From assembly GCF_009914755.1 (NCBI RefSeq), contig NC_060945.1: a stretch of 64,000 nucleotides of DNA; one strand, written 5' to 3'. The notes below the pieces were generated by a model. That model made no database searches. It saw nothing but the letters and a program-made list of their open reading frames with translations, and was not told the origin of the DNA. This document shows positions 1 to 16,771 of this stretch, in pieces. Position numbers and translations under genes: made by a program. Numbering within the stretch: position 1 is the stretch's first letter; the number at the start of each line of letters is the position of its first letter. The stretch is from the human T2T-CHM13v2.0 reference genome, Homo sapiens.

Positions 1-29
1 AACTAATAGTAACAATTCATAATTAATAA

Positions 30-232
30 GCATGGTAATATCTATTGAGTGTTAGTTATGTATCAGAACATAAGTTATGCATTTAATGTTCATTTAAAAA
101 AATAATGAAAAGCACTCTCTGAGGTAGATACTATTGGTAATATACATATGAGGTAACAGTAAGTGACTGGACTGGAAAGTAAGTCCAGGTCTGTTTCACT
201 ACAGAGACCCAGAGCCAGAAACCTCAACCCCT
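30..232 (-). mobile_element. MIR SINE relic
   Basis: Resembles the reverse MIR consensus (tattgagtg..tatgtatcag..gaggtagatactatt..agtaagtgactgg..ccaggtctg); heavily diverged. Confidence 0.6.
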
Positions 233-667
233 TGGCTAATAGTCTACACAAAGTTGTTCACAGTCAGTGGCTCTATAATAGTCATTCAGCCTCACCAGTT
301 TGTTTAAATCTTCAGTTCACATTAATACATTTGGAAATGTCAGACTACAATTTTCATTTTCAATTATGCTAAAATATTTACATGCCAAATTGACTATCAC
401 TTATGTCCCTCAAACCTTGCCACATTGTAGCATATGATACCAGAGCCCTGTATTTTCAAGACTTTCAAAATTCAGCTCATTCTTATGAAAAATGATGCAC
501 TTAATGTACTCTTCTGTATATAAACATAATGATCTGAGTACAGAATAGATAGATAATAGGTAGATATATTTTTATGTAAATTTGATCTTTTATTTTGGGT
601 GAGACATAATCTAGCATTGTTTTACTAAACAAATTTTACTAATGATTGACTTGAAAGACAATATTGC

Positions 668-905
668 AAGAGGCTAAGACACATAGTCTTTGGAGTCAGA
701 ATGTTTAGGAAAGTTTCTTAGCCCCTCAACTTTCTATAGCTGTGTGAACAAGTTCAAGTCACTTAACTCTTGGGGTCTCAGTTTCTCTGTGTGTAAAAGT
801 AGGATGGTAAAAGTGTCTACCTCAAAATGTTTGTGTGTAGTTCACATGTGTTTATATTTATAAAGCTTTTAGAACAGTGTCTGGAGAATCATAAACTCGG
901 TTTAA
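668..905 (+). mobile_element. MIR SINE
   Basis: tttggagtcaga..agctgtgtgaac..caagtcacttaactct..ctcagtttctctgtgtgtaaaa core, ending ttagaacagtgtctgg. Confidence 0.8.
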
Positions 906-1640
906 ACATTTGGTTTAAACACTCTCATTTTAAATAATAGTCATATTATTTAAATATATAATTAAATGCCATTCTATATTCTGTAGTTTAAATTTTTAAG
1001 CAATATTTTGTCCAATATGATATCTGGCTATTTCGTCCAAGTTATAAACTATGTACCTCTTGGCCACGTTCAGTTTTCTGTGCTTGCTTAGTCAGCCTTT
1101 TAAGCCAACCTCAATTGCAGGCAGAGACTCAGCCATCTATTATGTTAGCTGTGTTATTCAGCATCAGTTGTCAATGGATTTCTGATGTAGATAGAAGTTT
1201 TTGTGTAACTGAGATATCACTTTGACAGATGAGGTCACAATAGTTTTAACTGATGTTGTTTCAAACCTCAGGAACACTTGCTTACATGGTACAGCTGAAG
1301 CATTTCAAAAGCAACGCAGGATACCTAGTAGCCTAAATTACTCTACACAGACACACATTATTTTTTTAAAAATGTTTCAAGGCTTTTAACAAGCTTTACA
1401 AATTGACAAAAGCAAAATCTTTTTAATTAAATATAATGTTTTTAATGAATAGTTTGAAAGGGCTAGACAGCCTCAGTACAATAAAATGCTGTCTTTGAAG
1501 TAATTTCCATTCATTTGAACTTGAATTGAAAGGTATTAAATCCAGCCTCTTTGTAGACTGCAAATTAAATTAAATTAAAAGCATCTTAATGTTTTAAATA
1601 GAGTTCATGCTTACATGTTTAAATGCTTAGAAATAAAATA

Positions 1641-2940
1641 GAGGTGAGGCAGAGTAAAATAGATGAACAGAGAACCCTCCAGCAACCTTCCCCTGCACAA
1701 GAACACTAAATTGAATAACCACCCACACAAGAAAACACCTCCACAGGAACCAAAAATCAAGTGAGCAATCATAACACCTAGTTTTAACTTAGTATCAAGA
1801 AAAGAGGCACGGAGGAGGGAAGGGAAGAGAGCCTTAAATTGCCCTGTTCCCATCTTTTAACAGCAGCAGTGGTCATGTGTGGTGTGGAGAGAGAATCTGT
1901 GTGTTTTGGGAAGGGAGAGTGCAGTAATTGTAGGACTTGGCATTGGAATTCAGTGCTGCTCTGTCACAGTGGAAAGCAACATGGGGCAGAAATTTGCTGG
2001 CACCCATAGAGGGAGCATTTAGGCTAGCCCTAGCACGAGAAGAATTATCACTCCCAGTGGCTGGAATTGATTGCTGGTTAATCTCACCACTGCAGGCTAA
2101 AGGGCTGTGGAGCTCTAAATAAACTTGAAAGGCAGTCTGGGCCATAATCACAGCAAAATATTTCAAGGCAACTCCTGGTGCTGGGCTGGCCTTGGAGCAA
2201 GTGGGCTTGGATTGCACATGAACTAGTGAGGCACCAGCTGGAGCAGGCAAGGCACTGCTTGCCTGACACCTCCCACAGCCCCAGGCAGCACAGCTTGCAG
2301 CTCTGGGAAAGACTCTTCCTTCCATTTGAGAAGAGGAGAGGGGGAAAGTAAAGAGCACTTTGCCTAACAACTTGGATACCTGCTCAGACAAAGTAAATTA
2401 GGGCATCAGGCAGAGTCCTGAAGCCCTCATTTCAGGCCCTAGCTCTTGGATGCCATTTCTAGACAACCCTGGGCAACAGGGGAAATGACTGCCTTGAGGG
2501 GAAGGACACAGTCTTGGAAGGATTTATTGTCTACTGACTAAAGAGCACTTGAACCTTCTATAAATATCAGTGGTTTCCAGGTAGTACTCACGGCAGGCCT
2601 TGGGTGAGACCCAATGCTGTGCTGATTTCATATGTGACCCAGGGCATTCCTAGACATAGTGGCCATGGAGAGTTACTCCGTATGTTTGAGGAAAGGAGAG
2701 GAAAGAGTAAAGGGGACTTTGTCTTTCAGCTCACGTACGAGCTCAGCCACAGTGATGTAGAATATCAAGTGGGCTCCTGGGTTCCCTGATCCCAAGCCTT
2801 GGCTCCTGGATGGCATTTATGGACCAGACCTTGGCCAGATTGGCACCAAACTGTCCTTAAAGGAGGCCTTGGAGTATTCAGTACAAGCTGACTACTGAGC
2901 CCTTGGTCCTTGAGTGAACACTGGCACCAGCCAGACAGTA
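1641..2940 (+). mobile_element. L1M (L1MA-type) 5' UTR
   Basis: Resembles the L1M 5' end (gaacactaaattgaataaccacccacacaag..caaaaatcaagtgagcaatc..gttttaactt); GC-richer than the flanks. Confidence 0.7.
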
Positions 2941-2978
2941 GTTTGTATTCCCTGCTTGCTCATGGGTTTCCTTCCTTT

Positions 2979-3118
2979 AGAAGAATAGCTAATTCATGCT
3001 GGGCTTAATACCTAGATGATGGGTTGATAGGTGCAGCAAACTACCATGACACACATTTACCTATGTAACAAAACTGCACATCCTGCACATGTACCCTGAA
3101 ACTTAAAATACATTTTTA
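2979..3118 (+). mobile_element. Very short old L1P 3' UTR stub
   Basis: gaagaatagctaat..gctgggcttaatacctag..gatgggttgataggtgcagcaaac..tgcacatgtaccctgaaacttaaaata. Confidence 0.85.
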
Positions 3119-3139
3119 AGTGATAAAACTATGGCCAAA

Positions 3140-4735
3140 AAAATCCAAAACATTGAAATAATATCAAGTAATTTTCTGACCACAATGAAATGAGACAAAA
3201 TCAATAACAAGAGAAATATTAGAAACTGTATGAACACATGAAAATTAAACATTATGCTTCTATATGGGCAGTGGATCAATTAAGTAATTTAGAAGAAAAT
3301 TTTAAAAAATTACAATAAATGAAAATAGGAACAAGCATACCAGAACCACTGAAATACAGCAAAATCAGTACTGAGAGGAAAGTTTACAGTTTTAAGCACC
3401 TACATCAGAAAAAATAGATAAACATAAAGAAGACATCTTAATGATCCATCTTAAATAACTAGAAAAGAAATAGCAAACCATACCCAACATTAGCAGGAGA
3501 AAAGAAATATGATTAGGGCCAAAATAAATAAAGTTAAAATAAAAAAATACAAAGGTTAATGAAAGAAAATTAAAAAACAAAGAAATTGACAAATCTTTAG
3601 TCATACCAACTAAGAAAAATAAGAGAGGAGACCCAAATAAATAAAATCAAAGATGAAAAAAGAAACATTAAAACTGATACTGAAGAAATTCAAAGGATCA
3701 TTAGAGACAACAATGAGCAGATATATTCCAGTATATTGGAAAATCTAGAAGCAATGGATCAATTTCTAGACAGAAACAATCTACCAGGATTTAACCATGA
3801 ATGAATCCAAAACCAGAATACACTAATAACAAGTAATGAGTTTGAAACTGTCGTAAAAAGTCTATCAGCAAAGAAAAACCCAGAACCTGATGGATTCACT
3901 GCTGAATATTACAAAATATTTAAAAAAGAACCAATACCAATCTTACTTAAAAGATTCTGAAAAATAGAGGGAATACTTCAAAATTCGTTCTATGAGAACT
4001 GATACCAAAACCAGAAAAAGACATATCAAAAAAAAAAAGAAAAATATGGCCAACATCCTTGATGAACATTGATGCAAAAAATCCTCAACAAAACACTAGC
4101 ACACCAAATTCAACTACATGTTAAAAAGATCCTTCATTAAGACAAAGTTGAATTTATCCCACGAATGCAAGGATGGTTCAACATACACAAATCAATCAAT
4201 GTGATACATCATATCAACAGAATGAAAGATAAAATCCATATGATCTTTACAACTGATGGTTAAAAAGCATTTGATCAAAGTTGACATCCCTTAGCAATAA
4301 AAACCCAAAAAAAACTGGGTGTAGAAGGAATATACCTAAATATAATAAAAGCCATGTATGACAGAAACACAACTACTATCATAATGAATGGGAAAAAATG
4401 AAAACCTTTCACCTATAATCTGGATGTCCCAAGGATATCCACTTTCACTGCCGTTATTCAACATAGTACTGGAGGTCATATCTAAAGCAATCAGACAAGA
4501 GAAATAAATAAAGGGTAACCGAACTGGAAAGGAAGATGTCAAATTACCATTGTAGATGATATGGTCTTATATTTGGAAAAATCTAAAGACAACCAAAACA
4601 CTAATGGATCTGATTTTAAAAATTCAGTAAAGTTACAATATACAAAATCAAAATATAAAAATCAGTATCACTTTTATATGCCAACAGCAAACAATCTGTA
4701 AGAGAAATCAAGAAACTAATCTCATTCATCTACAA
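3140..4735 (+). mobile_element. L1M ORF2 fragment (end of endonuclease to RT), disrupted
   Basis: tctgaccacaatgaaat (SDHN motif), caaggatggttcaacata (QGWFNI), gtagatgatatg (ADDM-like); many stops and frameshifts. Confidence 0.9.
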
Positions 4736-5104
4736 TCACTTTAGAGCTTTAGGTAAAGAAAGATCAGGGTTTTTAAGGAACAACGGTTAGTATGATGTGA
4801 GCATAATATAAGTAAAAAAGAGAGTATGAATTTAGAAAGTTAGGCACAATGATTGAGATTAACAATAAAGAAAATAACGTTGTCAATGAACGTAAATACA
4901 TATATTAGTAATGTAGAAAGAACACATCAGTTAGACTTAGCAGTTAATTTGGTACGGTGAAAGAATCAGGGGTATTTATATAATTAGTATGTCTTTTGCT
5001 TGACAAATGATGTTTTCATTCCCTGATATAGAGAGTTTGTGTGCGTGTGTGTGGGGGCAGGGGGCAGGATTTATAGCAAAAGAGTGATGAAATGCCTGAA
5101 ACAC

Positions 5105-5281
5105 ATTTTTAAAGCATTAAAAATGATAAAATATATTTCAATTTACTCACTTCTTTACCATTTTCAGCCCTCTTTACTCTTTGGTGAAGATCTAAATATC
5201 CTTCCAGTGTAATTCTCCTTTTGTGTGAAGAAATTCCTTTAAAATAATTCTCATAACACAATTCTGAACATAATAAATTTT
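5105..5281 (-). mobile_element. Old L1ME fragment, host of the nested insertions
   Basis: Reverse L1M ORF1-end-like sequence; the same element appears to resume at 8290-8535 and 10032-10690. Confidence 0.55.
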
Positions 5282-5374
5282 TGTGGATTGAATTGTGCCC
5301 ATTGAAAATTAAATGCTGAAGTACTAACCTCCAATGGGATGGTACTGGAAGATGAGGCCTTTGGGATGTATACA

Positions 5375-8027
<2,653 letters not shown>

Positions 8028-8253
8028 TAATTGGGTTTAGAGGAGTTCATGAGGGAAGGGTTCTCATCATGGTATTAGTGTTCCTATAGAAACAAAGCAG
8101 AGTTTTCTCTTTTATCTGACACTTGAAGATACAATGAGAAGGAAGCAGTCTGTTAGCTAGGAAAATAATTCTCACCAAGAACCAAATTGCCTAGCACCTT
8201 AATCTTGGATTTCTCACCCTCCATAACTGTGAGAAATAAATGCCTGTTGTTTA

Positions 8254-8256
<3 letters not shown>

Positions 8257-8287
<31 letters not shown>
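8257..8287 (+). repeat. Pure poly(A)31
   Basis: Starts 16 nt after AATAAA (8235-8240). Confidence 0.98.
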
Positions 8288-8290
<3 letters not shown>

Positions 8291-8535
8291 CATGTTTTAG
8301 TAATGTTGAGTCTCTTCCTTCTTATTTCTCTTCCTGAGTCTCTAATTCCTCTTATTTTAGACTGCTTGATAATGCCTCACAGATCACTGATTTCCTGTTC
8401 TATGTATTTTCTCTCTGTCCTTAACTTTGAATAACTTTTATTATTATATGCTCAAGGTCAGCAGTCTTTATCTGTAGCATGGTATCTGCCATTTTTTGTA
8501 TCTAGTGTCATTTTAATTCCAGATTCTGTAGCTGT

Positions 8536-10031
8536 TTTTAAATTTTAATTTAATTTAATTTTAAATTCTGGGATACATGTGCAGGATATGCAGATTTGTT
8601 ACATAGGTAAATGTGTGCCATGGTGTTTTCCTGCACCCCTCAACACATCACCTGGGCATTAAGCCCTGCATGCATTAGCCATTTATCCTGATGCTCTCCC
8701 TTCCCCAACTCCACCCTCTGCCAGGCCCCAGTGTGTGTTGTTTTCCTGCCTGTGTCACTGTGTTCTCATTGTTCAGTTCCCACTTATAAGTTAAAACATG
8801 TGGTGTTTGATTTTCTGTTCCTGCATCAGTTTGCTGAGGATAATAGCTTCCAGCTCTATCCCTGTTCATGAAAAGCATATAATTGTATTCCTTTTAAGGC
8901 TGCATAGTATTTTGTGGTGTATATGTACCACATTTTCTTTATCCAGTCTATCATTGATGGGCATTTGGGTTGATTCCATGTCTTTGCTATTGTAAACAGC
9001 ACTGCAATGAACATGCAAGTGCATGTAGCTTTATAGTAGAATGATTTATATCCCATAATCAGTAATACTGTTGCTGGGTCAAATGGGTGTTTCTGGTTCT
9101 AGGTCTTTGAGGAATTATGATATTGTCTTCCACAATGGCTGAACTAATTTACATTCCCACCAACAGTGTAAAAGCATTCTATTTCTCCACAGCCTCACCA
9201 GCAACTGTTGTTTTTTGACGTTTCAATAATCGCCATTCTGACTTGTGTGATATGGTATCTCATTGTTGTTTTGATTTGCATTTCTCTAATGATCAGTGAT
9301 GTTCAACTATTTTTCATGTTTGTTGGCCGCATAAATGTCTTCTTTTGAGAAGTGCCTGTCCATGTCCTTTACTCACTTTTTAGTGGGTTTTTTTTTTCTT
9401 CTAAGTTTGTTTAAGTGTCTTGTGGATTCTGGATATTAGACCTTTTTCATATTGATACATTGCAAAAATTTTCTCCCATTCTGTAGGTAGTTTGTTCACT
9501 CTGATGTTCATTTATTTTGCTGTGCAGAAGCTCTTTAGTTTAAATAAGCTCTTCAGCTTAATGTGCTATATTTTTTACCTGTATGTTTGCCAATTTAGCT
9601 TTTGTTGCAATTGCTTTTGACATTTTTGTCATAAAATATTTTCCCGTGCCAATGTTCTGAACGAAAAAACAGCCTGTATAGACAAGACAATTCTAAGCAA
9701 AAAGAACAAAGCTGGAGGCATCATGCTATCTGAATTCAAACTATACTACAAGGCTACAATAACCAAAACAGCATGGTACTGGTACAAAAACAGACACACA
9801 GACTAATTGAACAGAAGAAAGAACTCAGGAGTAAGACCACACATCTACAACCATGTGATCCTCAACAAACCTGAGAAAAACAAGTAATGGGGAAAAGATT
9901 CCCTATTTAATAAATGGTGCTGGAAAAACTGGCTAGCTATATGCTGAAAATTGGAACTGGACCCCTTCCTTACACCTCATATAAAAATTAACTCAAGATG
10001 GATTAGAGACTTCAATGTAAAACCCCAAACT
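8536..10031 (-). mobile_element. Truncated L1PA (about PA10-13) with 5' inversion (- strand 8536-9661, + strand 9662-10031)
   Basis: Reverse 3' UTR and ORF2 C-terminus (KTWNQPKCPSMIDWIKKMW); orientation flips at about 9661 to the adjacent upstream ORF2 segment. Confidence 0.92.
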
Positions 10032-10063
10032 GTAGTTTTAATTATGAGGCATTTTCTTTGAGA

Positions 10064-10383
10064 TTTTTTTTCTTTTCTTTCTTTTTTTGGTTTTTGAGAC
10101 ACAGTCTTGCTTTGTCACCCAGGCTGCAGTGCAGTGATGTGATCTTGGCTCACTGCAACCTTGCAACCTTCACCTCCCGGGTTCAAGCAATTCTCCTGCC
10201 TCAGCCTCCTGAGTAGCTGAGATTACAGGTTTGTGCCACCACACCCGGCTAATTTTTGTATTTTTAGTAGAGACCGGGTTTCACCATGTTGGTCAGGCTG
10301 GTCTCGAACTCCTGACCTTGTGATTCGCCTGCCTCAGCCTCCCAAAGTGCTGGTATTATAGGCATGAGTCACCGCACCCAGCC
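10064..10383 (-). mobile_element. AluS (Sg-like)
   Basis: Reverse dimer; internal gcaacctt duplication. Confidence 0.96.
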
Positions 10384-11514
10384 TCCTTTTCTTTTCTTCA
10401 CATGTTCATATGTACCCTACCTTCTGGAACATAAGAAGAAACACATTTATAATGGTTATTTTAAAGTAATTTCCTGCTAGCTCCATCCTCTCTGTCATGA
10501 GAAATGTGCTATATTTTTTACCTGTATGTTTATTAGAATTTTCTGTTGTTTGCATAATTGGCAATTTTGGATTGGGTGTCAAATTTATTGTATTATTTGA
10601 AGTAATGGTGTTTTGTGTTTTCTAGTTTTTTTTTTGGGACATGCAATTATTTGGAATCAATAGGGTCATTTCAAGGTTTACTGTTTTCTGAAATTAATAA
10701 ACATTACATGTAGACAAGTTTTAGGCTTACAATTTTTATTAGATACACTATAATACAGATTAATCCAAGAACATTTTTCTTATTAACTTCTGCACAGAAT
10801 CCTAGAGAGCAAAAATCCAATTTACAGGGGACAATTGAGAAGAAAATATCTCACTACTAAAAATCAATTTGACCTTAAAAAAAACTGAAGTCTATCTCTT
10901 TAAAACTTAAATGTTACCAATAAAATTGTTTTTAAGGGAAAATAAGATAGCATTAACACAACTAACTTGGACATTCAAAGATTACCAAAGTGGATTGTAA
11001 ACTCAAATAATCAGATAGAAATCTAATAAGTTAGCAGAATCTGGAGAACAATAATGCATACATGCACAGTTTTTCTATGAATTACCAGAATGCTCACTGT
11101 TATCCTTTCCCAATACTTATTTTAGACCTTTTGAAGATGGTTATTGTGCTCTATTATAAGATAATAAAACAATCAGTAATGACATATGTAAATGATATCT
11201 TCCATTTTTTTCCTTTCTTGACATTTACAATATATTATTAATCAGTAAAAGTTCTCTGCAAAATAAATTATGTTTTAAGAACACGTTTTCAGAAAAAAAT
11301 AGCAAACATGTCTTATCTTAAATGATTAGATAAGATTTTTATATTTTGATTTAGTCATATTTAAACATAGTATGAAAAAAAATTTACACTGCTACCCATA
11401 TGTCTGTCATGCATGAGAAACAATACCTGTACTTTTCTAATACAACATGCATTATTTTTTATTCCACATAGTTAACTTATCTATATCATGTATATGCACA
11501 CATATATATCCATA

Positions 11515-11893
11515 ATACATTCATAGTGATTGTACATATTTTGTACATGTAATATTTTGATACATGCATACTATAGGTAATGATCAAATTTTGGTAATTG
11601 AAATATCCATCACCTCACACATTTATGTCCTAGTTTTAGCAACATTTTCAAATCTTCCCTTCTAGCTATTTTGAAATATACAGTAAATTATTGTTAACTA
11701 TATTCATGCTACTGTGCAATCACACACTAGGACTTATTCCTTATATTTAACTAGATTTTTGCATCCTTTAACTAACTTCTCTTTATCTCTCCCTTCCTTC
11801 TACCCTTTCCAACCTCTGGCATCCAGTAGTCTTCTCTCTGTCTCCATGAGATCACCTTTTTTAGCTCCCACATATGAGTGAGAACATGCAATA
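11515..11893 (-). mobile_element. L1MA 3' end
   Basis: tgatcaaatt..tccatcacctca..tctagctattttgaaatatac..ttagctcccacatatgagtgagaacatgc. Confidence 0.85.
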
Positions 11894-12224
11894 TAGAAGT
11901 GAGAGCTGCAACCCACTAAATTGTCTTTATGACGCACTAACAGTTTATGACGTACATTATGAAAAAATTACTCCATGCAGCCCTCTAAAACTGAATATAC
12001 CAATGCAAAGCAACTCTGACTCACAATCATTGGTAAATGGGTGTAGTAATTGCCAAATATTACATATCATTCACTAAATACCAGACACATTTTTAAGCAC
12101 TCTTCATATATATCTTCTTATAATAAATCTTATAAGCCTGTAGAGCTAGGCTTCAGACTCTGAGATTTTAATAGTGTTTCATAAAGAAAGTACTTTAACA
12201 TTATGGGTCAAGTAGACCCAGAAC

Positions 12225-12540
12225 TTTTTGTTTTAAATTGACAGATAAAATAGTACATATTTATTGTACACAACATGGTGTTTGGAATGGTTACATCTAG
12301 CTTACATGCATTAAGAAATGCATTACCTCATATATTTTTCATTTTTTATGGTGAGAATACTTAACATCCATTTCCTTTGCATTATTCAAAAATACAATTC
12401 ACCATGCCATACAATTGATATCTTGAATGTATTCCTCTTTAACTGTAGCTATATATTTGACCAATATTTCCCCAACCTTCCCCTCCTCTAACTATCCCAG
12501 CTTCTGGTAACAACCTATTTTCTACTTATGTGTGCCTCTG
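12225..12540 (-). mobile_element. L1MA (about MA6-8) 3' end
   Basis: tgcattacctcata..ggtgagaatacttaa..ttctggtaacaacc. Confidence 0.75.
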
Positions 12541-13937
12541 AATTTTTAAATAGTACATTTTCGTATTCAGGGCCATTCTCTTATTGCTAATTTTCAGAAA
12601 TGCTTACTGATTTTTTCCATTTTTTTCAAAATGTTATATATAGCTGACATAGAAAAGCATATATTTCAAAAGAGAGGAGAAACAAAATATATTTATTTGT
12701 ATATTTGGTTTTTAGCTTTAATATCAAGCACAGACTGTTATAATTGAGAACTTACAGTTCTTCAGGGAGTGATTGCATTTTATTTAGAACACGGGTGAAC
12801 ATAAAAATTATAGTTTTATAAGTTAATAACTTGCATAAATGGTTTAAAGAAGGCATGGAAGATTGATTTCATGGGCATTTACCTAGCAACCAGATGTCAT
12901 GTATGTGTATCTAAAATGCCTAAAATTGTGGTCATATTGAATTATGTGAGCAGTCTTTCATCAGACAAATAGACGTTATTAAAAGATTAAAGAAAGTTGT
13001 GTTTCCAGAATTGGCACTGCAATTACATTTTTTTTTTTTTTTGCTTAAACAAGAAACTATTATTTTTCCGAATAGAATGGGGAAATGTTTTTGTAGTTTG
13101 TTATTAATTTTAAAATACAAGCAAGTACATAATATATCCATATATATTTTCACTTAGCATGTTGTTTGGATGTCTTAGGGCTGTCATTGAAAGGCATTTC
13201 TCCATCACCCACTACATATTTCCAGGCATCCTAAGGACCACCTCTGTCATCTTATCTCGATGCTTTAAGAGATATTTACTAATATTACTCCCAAGAGTGT
13301 CTGGAAGACCCTCCAGATAATCTCTTTCAATAGCATCATTCTGGAGATGGGTGAGCAGGAAAAAGAAGCTCCAGACCATTAAGCAAGAAAATAACTTCCA
13401 GAAGGTAATAGACATCTTGCATTCCAAACATTTTGAATACCATCTCTGAATATAACTAGCTCTTTTGTCTCTTTCTGTTCCTAGCCTCTCACCTCACTGT
13501 TTGCCAGGGTTTCCATAAGATTATACTGGAGCATTCTCCAGCAAAGGAATATAAAATTATGTTCATATTCTGTTTTAAACTTACAGATATCATCTCACTT
13601 GATCTTAAACATAGTCCTGTGCCTGAGGTGTTATTATCTGCATTTTATAAGGGCAGCATGGAGAATTCTTTGATTGATACTTCAATTTGTTTGTTGTACT
13701 ATTTATTTTTCTATGGAACTGAGAAACTTTGGGTGGACTAGCTTTCCTGAAAAGCAGTGTCATCTGCAAACACTACTGGAGAGGGGAACTAATCAATTAT
13801 ACCTGTAGTAGAAATTAGCAGCTATACATGGCAGAATTAGTGCACTAACGGGCTAAGATGAAAGCTAAAGTTTCCTCTCTGCTATGAAAATAGTCCAGAA
13901 GATTTTTGTATGTAGGACATCATTAACATTTGATTAA

Positions 13938-13981
13938 AACCTGTGATAAGTAACCTGTAATAGGTAAACCTGTAGTAAGTA
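13938..13981. repeat. Three-copy ~14-15 bp tandem repeat
   Basis: aacctgtgataagt / aacctgtaataggt / aaacctgtagtaagt. Confidence 0.8.
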
Positions 13982-14197
13982 TTATTGATGCCTCACATTA
14001 CATAAAAACGTAATATGTTTTCCTGTTTGTTTTATATTTTAGTATTAATAACTAAGAAGAATCTTATATATGTTTCATAAGTAAAATGCAGCCTTAACTA
14101 GAAACTTTAATATGGCTAGTACTATTTATGATAATATTTACTAAGAAACAAATGTGAGATGATAAAATGAAAACATCAAAAACTTTGTGATAGTTCT

Positions 14198-14526
14198 AGA
14201 CTGGTGTACAGGCTCTAGATGCCTGTAATCCCAGCACTTTGGGAGGCTGAGGCAGGTGTACCATGTGAAGTCAGGAGTTTGAGACCAGCCTGGCCAACAT
14301 AGTGAAATTCCGTCTCTACAAAACATACAAAAATTAGCCGGGGGTGGTGGTTCGTGCTTGTAATTCCCAGCTATAAGGCAGGCTGAGGCAGCAGAATCAC
14401 TAGAATCCAGGAGGCGGAGGCTGCAGTGAACAGAGATCATGCCACTGCACTCCAGCCTGGATGACAAAGTGAGACTCAATCTCAAAAACAAAACCAAACC
14501 AAACAAAACAAAACGGAACAAAAACA
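14198..14526 (+). mobile_element. AluS (Sx-like)
   Basis: Dimer with (AAAAC)n tail; imperfect TSD aaact(t/tc)tgtgatagttc. Confidence 0.95.
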
Positions 14527-15484
14527 AACTTCTGTGATAGTTCAGCTCTCACTGCTTAATATAGGACAACATAGGAATCTATTTTCTACTTTAAAGTAAG
14601 TTGTCTTAATATATCTTAAAATTACCTAATTGGTAAGAAAAATTAATAGAAAAAGGTATCTCTAATGCATGTTGTTAAATGTCCCTTCATAAAAAAATAC
14701 ACGTCAAAATTTTGCTGGAGTTATCTATATTTTTCTCATATCAATAAATTCATATTAATTTATCAGGCGCTTACTACTTGAGTGTTATGTGATATAAATC
14801 AAGTCATTTTATGCTAAACAATGTAAAATTGATATACTACACACTATAAAACAATAACCTTGCTTTTAGGGACATAAGACTTAGATTATTGGTGTTAATA
14901 TTATCTTAATAGTTAAATTCACTTCATACTTGTTGAATGACAAATGCTTAGACAAACAACACTATAAACTGTCTAAAACTATAAACTATAAAAGTATAAA
15001 CTGAAAACCATACATTAAGCAAAGCTTAGCAGATATAAACAGAATTCTTACAATACATCTTTTCTGTCCTCAGATGATCTCACTGCACTGGGATTAGGTC
15101 AACATTGATTTATGTCACTGCGTGCAAGGTCAAACTTTTTCTCATTTGTCATAAAACCACTAATTCATTGCTTTTGTGTGTTTATTTGTATTTTGTTTTA
15201 TAAATAAAGGCTACCCTAGGAAACTTTATGGTTCTCCATGCCTTTCTTTTAATATTGAGTCTATCTTCTAATTAACATCCCTTATTAGCTAAGTGAACTG
15301 AATTAAAAAAAAAACTCCAGTAAGAGCAAACATAAACCATATATATATATTTATGACAATATTTATTTATGACAATAGTTATATATATTATATATAACAT
15401 AATGTATTATTTGGACAGAAACTATATTATATATTATAATTAACTATTTCTTTAGATTTAATAAAATGAGTGAAGTAAAGCTGA

Positions 15485-16760
<1,276 letters not shown>

Positions 16761-16771
16761 CAACTTCACGG

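Noticed and set aside
1873-2391. 172-aa minus-strand ORF
   Set aside because: Antisense to a GC-richer L1M 5' UTR, with no recognisable domain
13212-13427. 71-aa ORF in unique DNA with a hydrophobic N-terminus
   Set aside because: Starts at TTG, no recognised homology and no supportable splice structure
14141-14527. Alu-derived ORFs (this one and similar ones elsewhere)
   Set aside because: Standard Alu translations such as LECSG..AHCNL and PKCWDYR, not genes
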